Origin: an uncultured Bdellovibrionales bacterium
Lineage (GTDB): Bacteria > Patescibacteriota > Minisyncoccia > Moranbacterales > UBA1568
Direction: 5' to 3'
DNA: 64,000 nt
Assembly: GCA_964612055.1 (NCBI GenBank)
Contig: CAZTBI010000001.1
Location: 71,957 to 135,956, forward strand
Shown: positions 55,140 to 64,000 of the stretch, one piece after another
Layout: each line of letters starts with the position of its first letter
Numbering within the stretch: the stretch's first letter is position 1
Position numbers and translations under genes: made by a program
The notes under the pieces: generated by a model
Database searches by the model: none
What the model was told of the DNA's origin: nothing
The model's input: the letters and a program-made list of their open reading frames with translations, nothing else

Positions 55140-56108
55140 ATGGAAACAGTGAAAAAGATATTACTGGCATCTCCGAGAGGATTCTGCGCTGGAGTGGCTC
55201 GTGCCGTCAAAGCGGTAGAAGATACGCTTGAAATTTTCGGTGCGCCAGTCTATGTGAAGCACGAAATCGTGCATAATAAGCACGTGGTGAAGGATTTGGA
55301 GGGGAAGGGTGCCATCACCATAGAAACGCTTGATGAAGCTCCGGAAGGGGCGGTAGTGGTTTTTTCAGCTCACGGTTCGCCACCTCGGCACTATGCTGAG
55401 GCGAAGGCGCGTGGTATACGCCTCATTGACGCCACCTGTCCTTTGGTGACCAAGGTGCATCTCGAGGTGCAACGTTTTATCAAAGACGGTTACCAGATTA
55501 TTTATATTGGACACAAAGGGCATATCGAGGGCGTCGGTGTGTTGGGGGAAGCGCCCGGAGTAGAGATTCCTTTGATTGAAACCGTAGAAGATGTCTTGGG
55601 ACTCGAAATCGGCAATCCGGAAAAACTCGTGTATCTGACGCAGACGACTTTGTCACTTGATGATACGAAATCAGTTATTGAAGCACTGAAAAAGAAGTAC
55701 CCACAGATTATCGCGCCACCACTCGAAGATATCTGCTATGCGACGACCAATCGCCAGACAGCGGTAAAGGAGCTCGCCAAGGAATGCGAGTTGGTGCTGA
55801 TTGTTGGATCGAGATCGTCTTCCAATTCAACTCGTCTCATGGAAACAGCCAATGCCTATGGTTCTATCGCCTATCTCGTTGATGATGCTACGCACCTTGA
55901 TCCACTGTGGTTCAAAGAAGTGGAAGTAGTCGGTATCAGTGCGGGCGCCAGTGCCCCTGAACATTTGGTGCAAGATATTGTGCAGCGCATCATGTCTCTG
56001 AGTAAAGCGTCTGTCGAAGAGTTCATCGTCAAACCAGAAACCATGAAGTTTGTCGAACCGCTGGAACTTATGAAGATTCGTGCTGAAAAGAAAGTCTCTC
56101 AAGTATAA
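55140..56108 (+). CDS. ispH: 4-hydroxy-3-methylbut-2-enyl diphosphate reductase
   Basis: SPRGFCAGVARAV...IVHNKHVV...SAHGSPP...ATCPLVTKVH is the IspH/LytB signature with three Cys. Confidence 0.9.
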   Translation: METVKKILLASPRGFCAGVARAVKAVEDTLEIFGAPVYVKHEIVHNKHVVKDLEGKGAITIETLDEAPEGAVVVFSAHGSPPRHYAEAKARGIRLIDATCPLVTKVHLEVQRFIKDGYQIIYIGHKGHIEGVGVLGEAPGVEIPLIETVEDVLGLEIGNPEKLVYLTQTTLSLDDTKSVIEALKKKYPQIIAPPLEDICYATTNRQTAVKELAKECELVLIVGSRSSSNSTRLMETANAYGSIAYLVDDATHLDPLWFKEVEVVGISAGASAPEHLVQDIVQRIMSLSKASVEEFIVKPETMKFVEPLELMKIRAEKKVSQV

Positions 56109-56112
56109 CTCT

Positions 56113-57228
56113 ATGCGTGTCGCCATTCAGGCTTCAGATCTGGATCATAGCCGTATCGATGGCACGCGTGTCTATCTCCGTGAATTACTTAAGCGTTTTG
56201 GAGTGCTTTCTCCCGAGACCGAGTTTGCTTTGTATCACAAAAAGACTTTTAATCCGGTTCTCGCGCCACCGGAATTTTCCAACTATTTCGTACGGACACT
56301 TTCGTTCCCGATCGCTTGGATGCAAACTAGGTTTGCCTGGGAACTTTTTCGGACAAAACCGAAGAAGTTATTTCTGCCCATTCAGGCTGCCCCGGTTTTT
56401 CTTCCAAACTCGGTCGAAGTCACGGCCACCATTCATGATCTCGCGTTCAAGCGTTACCCTGCAACCTTTCCCAAGAGGGATCTTTTCAAGCTTAATTTTA
56501 TGCTTGAAACAGCAGTGAAACGCGCTGATAAATTGATTGCTGTTTCAGAGTCAACGAAACGCGATCTCTTGGAATTTTTCCCAAAGCTAGCGCCATCAAA
56601 GATCCGGGTTATTCATCATGGTTTTGATGGTGAATTTTTTGGTACTCGAGTTTCTCAAGAGGAACTTGCTTCCAGACTTAAAAAATATCAGCTTCATGAA
56701 AAGGACTACTGCCTCTATGTCGGCGCTCTTCAACCAAGAAAGAATCTCACACGATTGATTCAGGCATTTGAACAGGCCAAAAAGGCAGTGCCAGAAATGA
56801 AACTGGTCTTGGCAGGGGAGGCGGCCTGGTTGGCGGAAAGTATTCTCACGGTGCGGGAGAAAAGTGTCTATCGAGAGGATATCCTTTTGATGGGTAGGGT
56901 GTCGTTTGAAGATGTGCGAGCGCTCTATCAAGGGGCCCGCTTGTTTGTGTTTCCATCTTTGTACGAGGGTTTTGGCTTACCGATTCTCGAAGCTTTTGCT
57001 TCAGGGGTTCCAGTACTCACAGCGAGTAACTCCAGTCTGACCGAAGTAGCGGGCCGTGCAGCGCTCTACTGCAATGCTGAGAGTGTTCCGGATATTGCAG
57101 AGAAATTGGAGTATCTTTGGAGAGATGAGGCGCTCCGCAAGAACTTGGTTGCTCGAGGAACGGAACAATTGAAGCATTTTTCCTGGGAAAAGTGTGCCAA
57201 GGAGACGCTCGGGTACATTCTTTCCTGA
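56113..57228 (+). CDS. glycosyltransferase family 4 (GT-B)
   Basis: The C-terminal domain has E(x7)E-type motifs (FVFPSLYEGFGLPILEAFASGVPVL). Confidence 0.85.
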   Translation: MRVAIQASDLDHSRIDGTRVYLRELLKRFGVLSPETEFALYHKKTFNPVLAPPEFSNYFVRTLSFPIAWMQTRFAWELFRTKPKKLFLPIQAAPVFLPNSVEVTATIHDLAFKRYPATFPKRDLFKLNFMLETAVKRADKLIAVSESTKRDLLEFFPKLAPSKIRVIHHGFDGEFFGTRVSQEELASRLKKYQLHEKDYCLYVGALQPRKNLTRLIQAFEQAKKAVPEMKLVLAGEAAWLAESILTVREKSVYREDILLMGRVSFEDVRALYQGARLFVFPSLYEGFGLPILEAFASGVPVLTASNSSLTEVAGRAALYCNAESVPDIAEKLEYLWRDEALRKNLVARGTEQLKHFSWEKCAKETLGYILS

Positions 57229-57229
57229 C

Positions 57230-57258
57230 TTGATTTTTGCCTCAAAAGAAGCTAGAAT
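57230..57258 (+). promoter_or_regulatory. sigma70-type promoter TTGATT-17-TAGAAT
   Basis: Immediately after the GT4 stop, driving the GC-rich ORF at 57312 (GGAGG SD 6 nt upstream of its ATG). Confidence 0.55.
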
Positions 57259-57311
57259 AGATCGCAAGATGAAGAGTCCTTTTGAAGGGTTATGCAAATA
57301 CGGAGGTTGCA

Positions 57312-57749
57312 ATGCAACGAGTTTTTACGCTTGATGGACAGCTCAGCGTTCCGGTGGAGCCTTCCGTCGAGGCGCTTCTCGAAGAAGTCGCAGGCCTGGT
57401 GGATGCGGTGTGTAGTTTCAATCGATACAACCCGCTGATACAGATGTGGTTTGCCATCGGTCCTGGCGCCAAGGACGAAGCCTACAGGAACGCCCAAAAG
57501 ATCTACGGCCTTCCTGATGTCGCCGATGAAGAACGGGAAAAGCCACATGGTCTGGTCTTTTTCTGGTCGAGGATCCGGGATCTGCTCGAGTCCGAACTGG
57601 ACAGATTGCGCAAGACGGTGGAGCCGTGCGATCATCCGTTCCTGGTGACGATGCCTCATCGAGAGGGTGGTGGCGAACCAAATGGGGATTTCATTTCCCC
57701 GGGCGAAGGGCCTTACGATCCCTTGGCGATCCATCCTTTTGCCGAATGA
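57312..57749 (+). CDS. hypothetical protein (145 aa) in a second GC-rich island
   Basis: ATG with a strong SD, its own promoter and a terminator (57764..57803). GC is markedly above flanks. No family recognised. Confidence 0.5.
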   Translation: MQRVFTLDGQLSVPVEPSVEALLEEVAGLVDAVCSFNRYNPLIQMWFAIGPGAKDEAYRNAQKIYGLPDVADEEREKPHGLVFFWSRIRDLLESELDRLRKTVEPCDHPFLVTMPHREGGGEPNGDFISPGEGPYDPLAIHPFAE

Positions 57750-57763
57750 CGATGTTCTTCTGA

Positions 57764-57803
57764 GCGACTTATGGCCAATGGTCAGAAGTCGTTTTTTCTT
57801 TCC
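57764..57803 (+). terminator. rho-independent terminator
   Basis: cgactt-(15 nt)-aagtcg followed by TTTTTTCTTT. Confidence 0.55.
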
Positions 57804-57867
57804 CCTTGCAATTCCGAGAAATTCGTGTCACAATACTTCTGCTCCATTTCGGAGCTTTTGTTGAAAT

Positions 57868-59325
57868 ATGGCCAAAGATAACGTCGTTCTCAGATTTGAT
57901 AAAGTGTCCTTCGAATACGGGCACAAAAAGCCTATTTTAGATGAGGTGAGTTTTAGCATGCGCAGTGGCTCCAAGATCACGCTCATGGGACAAAACGGCG
58001 CTGGTAAAAGCTCGCTTTTTAAGCTCATCACTGGTGAAGAAAAACCACAGAGCGGGCGTATTTCTCTTGATAGGGATGCTGTGGTAGCTATCGGTCGCCA
58101 GACGATTCCGCGCGATCAGCTCGATATGACAGTGGAAGATTTTTTCCAACAGTTTTTTCATGAGAAGAAGTGGAACCTTCCCGCTTTGATCAAGGATGTT
58201 TTGGAAGTGGTCAATCTGCCGGTGCCGCCGCTTGAGAAAAAGATCCGTCAATTTTCTGGTGGTCAGCAGGCACGCTTGCTTCTTGCCTCAGCACTTATTC
58301 AGGATCCAGACATCCTGCTCCTTGATGAACCGACCAACAACCTTGATTACGCTGGTATCTCACACCTGACGCAGTTTCTGATCGATTACAAGAAGACGGT
58401 TATCGTCATTTCTCACGATGCGGAGTTTTTGAATGCTTTTACCGAGGGCGTGTTTTACCTTGATGTTTTCACTCATCAAATTGAGCAGTACACGGGTAAC
58501 TACTATGACGTGGTAGAGGAGATCGCTAGACGTATTGCCAAGGCGCAGAGCGAAAACGTTCGTTTGGAGCGTACCATACAGGAAAAGAAAGATCAGGCGA
58601 ACGTCTTTGCCAACAAAGGAGGAAAGCTCCGTGCTGTCGCGAAGCGGATGCGTACATTGGCTGAAGAGCTTGAAGAGAACAAAGTCGACGTCCGTCGTGA
58701 AGATAAAACACTTTCTCCTTTTGAAATTTCTACCAATGATGTCGTGGGACCGATTGTGAATATCAAAACGGTTTCGGTTTTGGGTGAGTTTGGTCCCAAT
58801 ATCAAACGAGTTGACATGATACTGAAGAAAAATACTCACCTCGTTGTCTCTGGTCCAAACGGTATTGGCAAGAGCACGTTTCTCGAAGAATTGGCGACGG
58901 GCAATACCGAACGCGCTGAAATTACACCGGGCGTGAAAGTCGGTTACTACCGCCAGGATTTCTCGACGCTTGATTTTGATAAAACAGTAGCAGAGACGCT
59001 CCTTGCTTCACTTCCAGAGAAGAATACTGAATTGGCCTACAAAGTGGCAACGAAATTTCTGGTGCCGTCTGAGCTCCTCCAGAACAAAGTCGCCAGTCTT
59101 TCAGAGGGACAGAAGGGACTCCTTATGTTTGCCTGTCTCTACGCCGAAAAGCCAGACCTTCTCATTCTTGATGAACCGACAAACCATATCAACTTTCGTC
59201 ATTTACCAGTGATTGCTGAGGCGCTCGACAATTACAAAGGCGCTCTGATACTAGTTTCCCACGTTCCAGACTTTGTAGCGCAAATCCGCATCGACGAAGT
59301 GTTGGATTTGGAATCTTTGAGCTAG
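57868..59325 (+). CDS. ABC-F family ATPase (two tandem ABC domains, no TMD)
   Basis: Two Walker A motifs (GQNGAGKSSLF, GPNGIGKSTFL), two LSGGQ-like signatures (FSGGQQARL, LSEGQKGLL) and two Walker B motifs (LLLDEPTN, LILDEPTN). Confidence 0.88.
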   Translation: MAKDNVVLRFDKVSFEYGHKKPILDEVSFSMRSGSKITLMGQNGAGKSSLFKLITGEEKPQSGRISLDRDAVVAIGRQTIPRDQLDMTVEDFFQQFFHEKKWNLPALIKDVLEVVNLPVPPLEKKIRQFSGGQQARLLLASALIQDPDILLLDEPTNNLDYAGISHLTQFLIDYKKTVIVISHDAEFLNAFTEGVFYLDVFTHQIEQYTGNYYDVVEEIARRIAKAQSENVRLERTIQEKKDQANVFANKGGKLRAVAKRMRTLAEELEENKVDVRREDKTLSPFEISTNDVVGPIVNIKTVSVLGEFGPNIKRVDMILKKNTHLVVSGPNGIGKSTFLEELATGNTERAEITPGVKVGYYRQDFSTLDFDKTVAETLLASLPEKNTELAYKVATKFLVPSELLQNKVASLSEGQKGLLMFACLYAEKPDLLILDEPTNHINFRHLPVIAEALDNYKGALILVSHVPDFVAQIRIDEVLDLESLS

Positions 59326-59380
59326 GTGTTGTTAGGCCTGACTTCGGAGAAGATTTAATTTTTCTGACCACTTTCGTTTC

Positions 59381-59497
59381 GTCGAACATTTCTGACTCGT
59401 TCTGCCGAACAGGGAGCTAGCCGCTCGAAACCATCGCGTTACGCTCGACTGTTACCGGTTCACTCATCACAAATGTTACCGACGGCACACGGGATGC
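59381..59497 (-). repeat. intergenic repeat R2, copy 2 (inverted)
   Basis: Its reverse complement aligns along its length with 50092..50203. It lies between convergent genes. Confidence 0.55.
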
Positions 59498-59567
59498 AGA
59501 AAAATCAAACCTTTCCTTCGCTATACTCGGGTATTTCGGCCGTATTAGATTTTCTATGCGGCCTTGA

Positions 59568-60014
59568 TTATTTTTCCTTTTCGAAAAATATGTTCCAGAA
59601 AAGGTAGCCGGCGAGAAAGAAGCCGGCGATGAAGACAGGAATGAGGAGTGGGGGAAATTTGATGAGTGAGACTGAGAGGATGCCAACTGCCCAGAAGATA
59701 CCGAGCCACAGAAGGGGGCTCTTTTTTGTGATGTTCCAGGAAAATGAAAGATTGAGGTAGCGCCCGAGGAGGGCGGTGGCGAAAGTGGAGAGCGTGAGGA
59801 TGAGCAAGAACTTGGCGAGGCTGAAACGTGTGGTTACGAACGTTGGGAGGAGTGTTTCAATGGTGAAGAAGCCGGCAAAATAGAGGTAGCCGATGATAAG
59901 AGCTTCAACAGCGAGGGCATAGACGATATGGAGCGCTCCAGATGTGCGCCACTTTTCGAGAGAAGGGGTGAGTTGCTTGAATAAGAAATCCATAAGAGTG
60001 TTTTTAGGCGTCAC
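59568..60014 (-). CDS. hypothetical small polytopic membrane protein
   Basis: 148 aa with 4 TM helices. Overlaps the upstream gene by 11 nt. Confidence 0.5.
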   Translation of the reverse strand: MTPKNTLMDFLFKQLTPSLEKWRTSGALHIVYALAVEALIIGYLYFAGFFTIETLLPTFVTTRFSLAKFLLILTLSTFATALLGRYLNLSFSWNITKKSPLLWLGIFWAVGILSVSLIKFPPLLIPVFIAGFFLAGYLFWNIFFEKEK

Positions 60015-61155
60015 CGAAGCGAGCGAGTAAACGTTGCTTGATTTTTGAGAGAAGCGTCATTAAGTTCTCTTGATTCTTGGCGGTTTCAAAGGAAACAGAG
60101 AGGGCACTTATTTCAACGCTAGTTTTTTGATTGGTGATTTGGAGCTCGAAATCATTACCGAAGCCCGGAGTGAGGGTAGTGATAGGGGTGGTACAGGCAA
60201 GTTTGGTACTGAAAATATTGGGCAAAAGAGAACAATGAGCAGATTGTGTACTTGCCTGTGTCGAGACGATTATTGGATGCTTGTCTGTAACGAGGAAGTC
60301 TCGATAGGTGCCAGGAAGGAGCGGTCGCTTCGTTCCTTGGTCAATCAGGTAGTAACTCTCATTATCTTGGTCGAAAAGAACTGTACCGTCAGGATGAGCG
60401 GCGCCGAGGAGAAAAATCCGGCCACGTTTGTATACCCCCAGTTCTTCTTCGCTCGCTTCGATGACGTCCTGGAAGTCATAGCCCAGTGCCAGGAAAATTT
60501 CAGCACTTCCTACTGGACGGGCTTCGGTTTCACTGGTCACTACAAAGACGCCCATGGCATTGGCGAGAAGCGACCCGATACGGAAACCAAGCCACTCTTC
60601 TGACACAGGGTAACGTTCGAGGAGTGTATCATCAGATGCTTCGGCGTATTCTTCGGGAAAGCGGGAGAGATAGGCTGCTTCGCTTACGAAGGGGAAGAGG
60701 GTGTCGCTGCGAAGAGCGTAATAAGTGCCGTCAATGACGTACAGATTTTCTTTTGGGAAGTCAGTGACTGGGGCGCCAGTCGGGTAGAAGAAGCTCTGAT
60801 AGGAGCGGCGTAGGGAAAAATCGAGTGTTTCCGGTACGGCAGAATTCTTTTCCAGGGTGACGCTTGCTTTGACGAGTGAGAAGTCGCCAACGACGGCAGT
60901 GTCTGCGACCAGGGTTCCGCCCTGTTCAATTTTGCCGTTGCTGCGGTCAGTATTATCTGGAGAGCGTGGCAGGAGGATGGTGTTTTTACTGGCGCTGGCT
61001 GAGCGAAAATCAAAACCTTGCTCGATGGTTGGGAAAAAGACATTGAGAGCGAGTAGAATCGTCAGGATGATGATTCCAAGATAGAGGAGGGCGCGGAGCT
61101 TGTGATAGCGACTCTGCCAGTGTTCCGGGATGACGATCGGTGAGGGGAAAAACAT
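60004..61155 (-). CDS. hypothetical membrane-anchored protein
   Basis: 383 aa with an N-terminal TM anchor and a large extracytoplasmic domain. No family recognised. Confidence 0.5.
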   Translation of the reverse strand: MFFPSPIVIPEHWQSRYHKLRALLYLGIIILTILLALNVFFPTIEQGFDFRSASASKNTILLPRSPDNTDRSNGKIEQGGTLVADTAVVGDFSLVKASVTLEKNSAVPETLDFSLRRSYQSFFYPTGAPVTDFPKENLYVIDGTYYALRSDTLFPFVSEAAYLSRFPEEYAEASDDTLLERYPVSEEWLGFRIGSLLANAMGVFVVTSETEARPVGSAEIFLALGYDFQDVIEASEEELGVYKRGRIFLLGAAHPDGTVLFDQDNESYYLIDQGTKRPLLPGTYRDFLVTDKHPIIVSTQASTQSAHCSLLPNIFSTKLACTTPITTLTPGFGNDFELQITNQKTSVEISALSVSFETAKNQENLMTLLSKIKQRLLARFGDA

Positions 61156-61164
61156 AGAGCGGTG

Positions 61165-62952
61165 TTAGTAAATTTGAAAGAGGAAGTTCTTAGTTTCAGG
61201 GCTGATTTTTTCCGGGAGACGGAAAGGTACTTCTTCGGAGAGGGTGATATTTTCGAGCTGCTCCAAAGAAAAGGTGAAGGATTTTTTGAATACCAGGCGA
61301 TCACCAAAGACTGCGGCATAACGACCCTGACTTTCTTCTGGTGTCAGGAGGTAGATGTGATCAAAATGTGTCGTGTCGAGGGCAGAAAGGTCGTAAGGGT
61401 TGAAGAAGTAAACGGTATTCTTTCCGAAGAGGAACTGGCCGGGACCAGAAAGCATGAAGAAGCCGTTTCCGGTAGCGTTCTGATCAACTAGGATGAGATC
61501 TTTGTCCGAAAATTCCTGGCTGAAAAGAGCGATCTGATCTTTCAGTCCGCGTCCTTCGGCGAAGGTAAGCTGCGTGCTCCAGGCAGGGTACTGGAGAAGA
61601 ATGAGACCAAGAAAAATAATCGTCACGAGAAGAAGTCTTTTCCCCCTTGGTTGTTCGAAGAGGGAAGTTTTTTCTTTGGCGAAAAGGAAAGCTATGCCTA
61701 CGACAGCTGAAAAGAGGAGGGTCGGAAAAAGTGAGAAGAGATAACGCCTGAGCATCCAAGGATGATCAGGGGTAATATTGGGGTGGAAAAGATAGAGAAA
61801 GGTTGGGAGAGCGATGAAAGTGGGAATCAAGAGGAGCCAGCGTTTTTTCTTGAGAAAAAGAAGGATGCCGAAGAATCCGAGGAGGGCGAGAGCCAGTAAT
61901 CCGTAGAGAAAAAAGATGGAACCGAGGCCAAGTGATGCGCCTTGTTCGATGACGCTTTCATTTGAGCCTGAAAAGCCACGAAGAAATTTGAAGAGCGCTT
62001 TCCCGATCATCTTGTAGTAAGGGAGGTTGATGAAGAAGTCGCGCAAGAAAAAGAACGTAAAAAGAAGTCCTGGAATGACGATGCTTTTCCAAGGATAGGT
62101 ACGGAAGATGGCCCGAGTATGAGGATGAAGAGCGATGAGTAAAAGAGCGAGACCAAGGAAAGCAAACCCCTCAATTCGAGTAAAGGCAAAAAGGGCTCCA
62201 GAGAGTAGGATGCCAGCATAGAAAAGAAATTTTCCCTCACGAAAGAAGAGGACGAGATTGTAGACGAGAAAAATAAAGAGGAAGACAGCCAGGTTTTCGG
62301 TCAGAGTAATTTTGGCGAACCAGCTTGGGAGGAAAGAGGTCATGGCAAGGAGGAGTCCAGCTCCCGCATAGTAGGGGTGAACAAAGAGGCGCAAGAGTTG
62401 ATAGAAAAAGAAAAGCGCGAGGAAGAGGAGTATGGCATTGCCGATGGCGAATCCATGTATCCCAAAGAGTGAGACGAAGCTTCCAAGCCAGGCGGTATAA
62501 CCGAGTGGAAATTGGGTCAGAAGATAACCCTCTTTGGTATACGCGAAGCCAGGGAAGTTGAGGGCGGTCCCAGCGCCATAGATCTGGAAGAAGCTGTCGC
62601 TTGCCGGGGTAGAAAAGGCGAGTTCGGTGTTTTGAGCTAAACGATAGGCGGCCTCGGCGATAGAGCCCTGGTCGCGGCCAGAGAACAAGGTTGGTTCGGA
62701 AACGAATCCAACAAAGACAGCGTAGAGGAGAGTGGTAATAAAAACAACACGGAGATCGAGTGCCGCGAAACGAATGAGTTTGAAGGAGATGAGAAAAACG
62801 AGCGTGGCAAAAAGAACGAATCCAGTCACGAGGAGTGGAAAGAGAAAAAGGCTACCAAGTGTCAGACAGAAAGCAAACCACCCGAAGACGACAAAAGAAA
62901 GTCCGAAGAGCGCGATGAGACTGTCGGTTTTTTCGAGGGAAAGAAGTTTCAT
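61165..62952 (-). CDS. GT-C fold glycosyltransferase (ArnT/PMT, GT39/GT83-like) polytopic membrane protein
   Basis: About 12 TM helices with a periplasmic C-terminal domain. The architecture is typical of undecaprenyl/dolichyl-phosphate sugar transferases. The start is set at ATG MKLLSLEK (the ORF extends to 63078). Confidence 0.55.
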   Translation of the reverse strand: MKLLSLEKTDSLIALFGLSFVVFGWFAFCLTLGSLFLFPLLVTGFVLFATLVFLISFKLIRFAALDLRVVFITTLLYAVFVGFVSEPTLFSGRDQGSIAEAAYRLAQNTELAFSTPASDSFFQIYGAGTALNFPGFAYTKEGYLLTQFPLGYTAWLGSFVSLFGIHGFAIGNAILLFLALFFFYQLLRLFVHPYYAGAGLLLAMTSFLPSWFAKITLTENLAVFLFIFLVYNLVLFFREGKFLFYAGILLSGALFAFTRIEGFAFLGLALLLIALHPHTRAIFRTYPWKSIVIPGLLFTFFFLRDFFINLPYYKMIGKALFKFLRGFSGSNESVIEQGASLGLGSIFFLYGLLALALLGFFGILLFLKKKRWLLLIPTFIALPTFLYLFHPNITPDHPWMLRRYLFSLFPTLLFSAVVGIAFLFAKEKTSLFEQPRGKRLLLVTIIFLGLILLQYPAWSTQLTFAEGRGLKDQIALFSQEFSDKDLILVDQNATGNGFFMLSGPGQFLFGKNTVYFFNPYDLSALDTTHFDHIYLLTPEESQGRYAAVFGDRLVFKKSFTFSLEQLENITLSEEVPFRLPEKISPETKNFLFQIY

Positions 62953-63076
62953 ATCGCTTTTAGTATACCTCAAAAGGGGCATGTCTTTCAATTCTTTTCC
63001 TGTTTGCCAATGGCCGGTTGAGAGGTTACAATACAGAGAAAAGAATAGGCAGGTCTGTTTTTGTCTCGACCCACTC

Positions 63077-64000
63077 ATGAATCGATATTTTTTTCTTTGG
63101 TACTACACAAAAGGACTTTTTTCTTCCGGGACACTTTCCTGGAATCTGGTTCGTTTTGTCGTCTGGAAGTTTCATATCTTTGGCCTTCTCGCTACGCTTA
63201 TTTCTCCGTGGAAGAGAGACGTGACATTCAAGGATTGGCGTGGGCTGCATCCGGTGAAGTCGCTCCAACTCATCTTTGAAAATCTCATTTCTCGTTTTCT
63301 CGGGATGATGCTCCGTCTCGTGGTGATCGGAGCGGGTATTGTCGTCTTGGTACTGGTTTTGATTTCGAGTCTGGCAGCGTTTCTTTTGTATACGCTTGCG
63401 CCGCTGTCTCTTGCTTTTGGAATAGTGTTTCTTTTGATGGCGCCGACCTTTGGGATAGTGCTCCTTGCGGCTGGTATTGTTGGGGTGATGGCGGCCTTTG
63501 TCGGATACCTGTTTCGTGAGCAGGATGAGCCAGAGACGACAGACATGGCGAAGCTTTGTCACCGACCTTGGTTTGAGAGGCTCTTAGGGAGATTAGGCCT
63601 TGAAAAGAAAGAACTTGGCAGGGAGCTTTTGACCGATACCGAAGCTTTTGTCGATTATCTTACTTCTTTGGGTCTCAATCGGGAGATATTCGAACAAGCG
63701 GTCTTGATAGAACGGACTGCCGCCTTGGCGCGCGCCAGGAAGGGACAGTTTCTTTCTTGGGAGAACCTTCACAAGAGCACGCCTATCGGCAAAGGTTGGC
63801 AGTATGCCTATACGCCTCATCTCGATCGCTACTCTCTCGATCTCTCGGCCTTTGATCCGACGGAGTACCGGAATCTTGTTTTGGTCGGAAGAGAAGACGA
63901 GTTGCGAGTGGCAACCCTAGTATTGGAACGGCCAGCGCAGAACAGCGTCTTTTTGGTCGGTGACCCTGGTATTGGCAAGAAGACGTTGGTGCATCATTTG
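63077..64000 (+). CDS. membrane-anchored Clp/Hsp100-like AAA+ ATPase (3' truncated by window edge)
   Basis: Open frame with no stop to the window end. N-terminal 4-TM domain. ...NLVLVGREDELRVATLVLERPAQNSVFLVGDPGIGKKTLVHHL parallels ClpA/B/C D1 (VIGRDEEI...NPVLIGEPGVGKTAI). Confidence 0.6.
   Translation, partial: MNRYFFLWYYTKGLFSSGTLSWNLVRFVVWKFHIFGLLATLISPWKRDVTFKDWRGLHPVKSLQLIFENLISRFLGMMLRLVVIGAGIVVLVLVLISSLAAFLLYTLAPLSLAFGIVFLLMAPTFGIVLLAAGIVGVMAAFVGYLFREQDEPETTDMAKLCHRPWFERLLGRLGLEKKELGRELLTDTEAFVDYLTSLGLNREIFEQAVLIERTAALARARKGQFLSWENLHKSTPIGKGWQYAYTPHLDRYSLDLSAFDPTEYRNLVLVGREDELRVATLVLERPAQNSVFLVGDPGIGKKTLVHHL

Noticed and set aside
63026-63562. 178-aa Lys/Arg-rich minus-strand ORF
   Set aside because: It is antisense to the membrane domain of the Clp-like gene. 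Its extreme basic low-complexity composition is typical of a reverse-strand artefact.
1-64000. CRISPR arrays, rRNA genes, IS elements/transposases, integrases
   Set aside because: Scanning both strands found no regularly spaced direct repeats, no rRNA-like segments and no transposase- or integrase-like ORFs. The only mobile-looking features are the GIY-YIG/tRNA locus and the short R1/R2 repeats.

Overview
This window is a gene-dense stretch of bacterial chromosome with a moderate AT bias. Its gene content and architecture fit a small-genome, CPR/Patescibacteria-like organism; that taxon call is inference from gene content.

Core content:
- **Housekeeping genes.** gatA (3' end), gatB, secE-nusG-rplK-rplA, miaA, dnaE, rnhB, rpmF, nusB, rnc, a shortened smc, rpsP, rplJ-rplL, dnaX, tRNA-Gln(UUG), proS, pyrH and ispH.
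- **dTTP operon.** A compact six-gene operon dcd-thyA-folA-(T4 gp1-like dNMP kinase)-tmk-dut sits between gatA and gatB.
- **Cofactor-less hyf/complex-I-like locus.** A seven-kb operon (23137-30440) of hyf-like subunits in which the small (NuoB/HyfI-like) and large (NuoCD/HyfG-like) subunits have lost every conserved Fe-S and Ni-Fe ligand cysteine. It lies directly downstream of a CPA1 Na+/H+ antiporter and a DedA membrane protein. Further details are in the finding.

Other notable items:
- Two families of intergenic structured repeats, R1 (2 copies) and R2 (2 copies, inverted).
- A small GIY-YIG nuclease gene overlapping the 5' end of tRNA-Gln, next to a degenerate tRNA-Gln 5' fragment interrupted by GC-rich palindromes.
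- An orphan membrane protein plus VirD4/TraG-like ATPase pair with a C-terminal zinc ribbon, preceded by a structured leader.
- Two GC-rich, self-contained ORFan transcription units.
- A catalytically dead HtrA paralog next to an active one.
- An alkyltransferase-like protein lacking the active-site Cys.
- The start of a membrane-anchored Clp-like AAA+ ATPase.

No CRISPR arrays, rRNA genes or transposases were seen.
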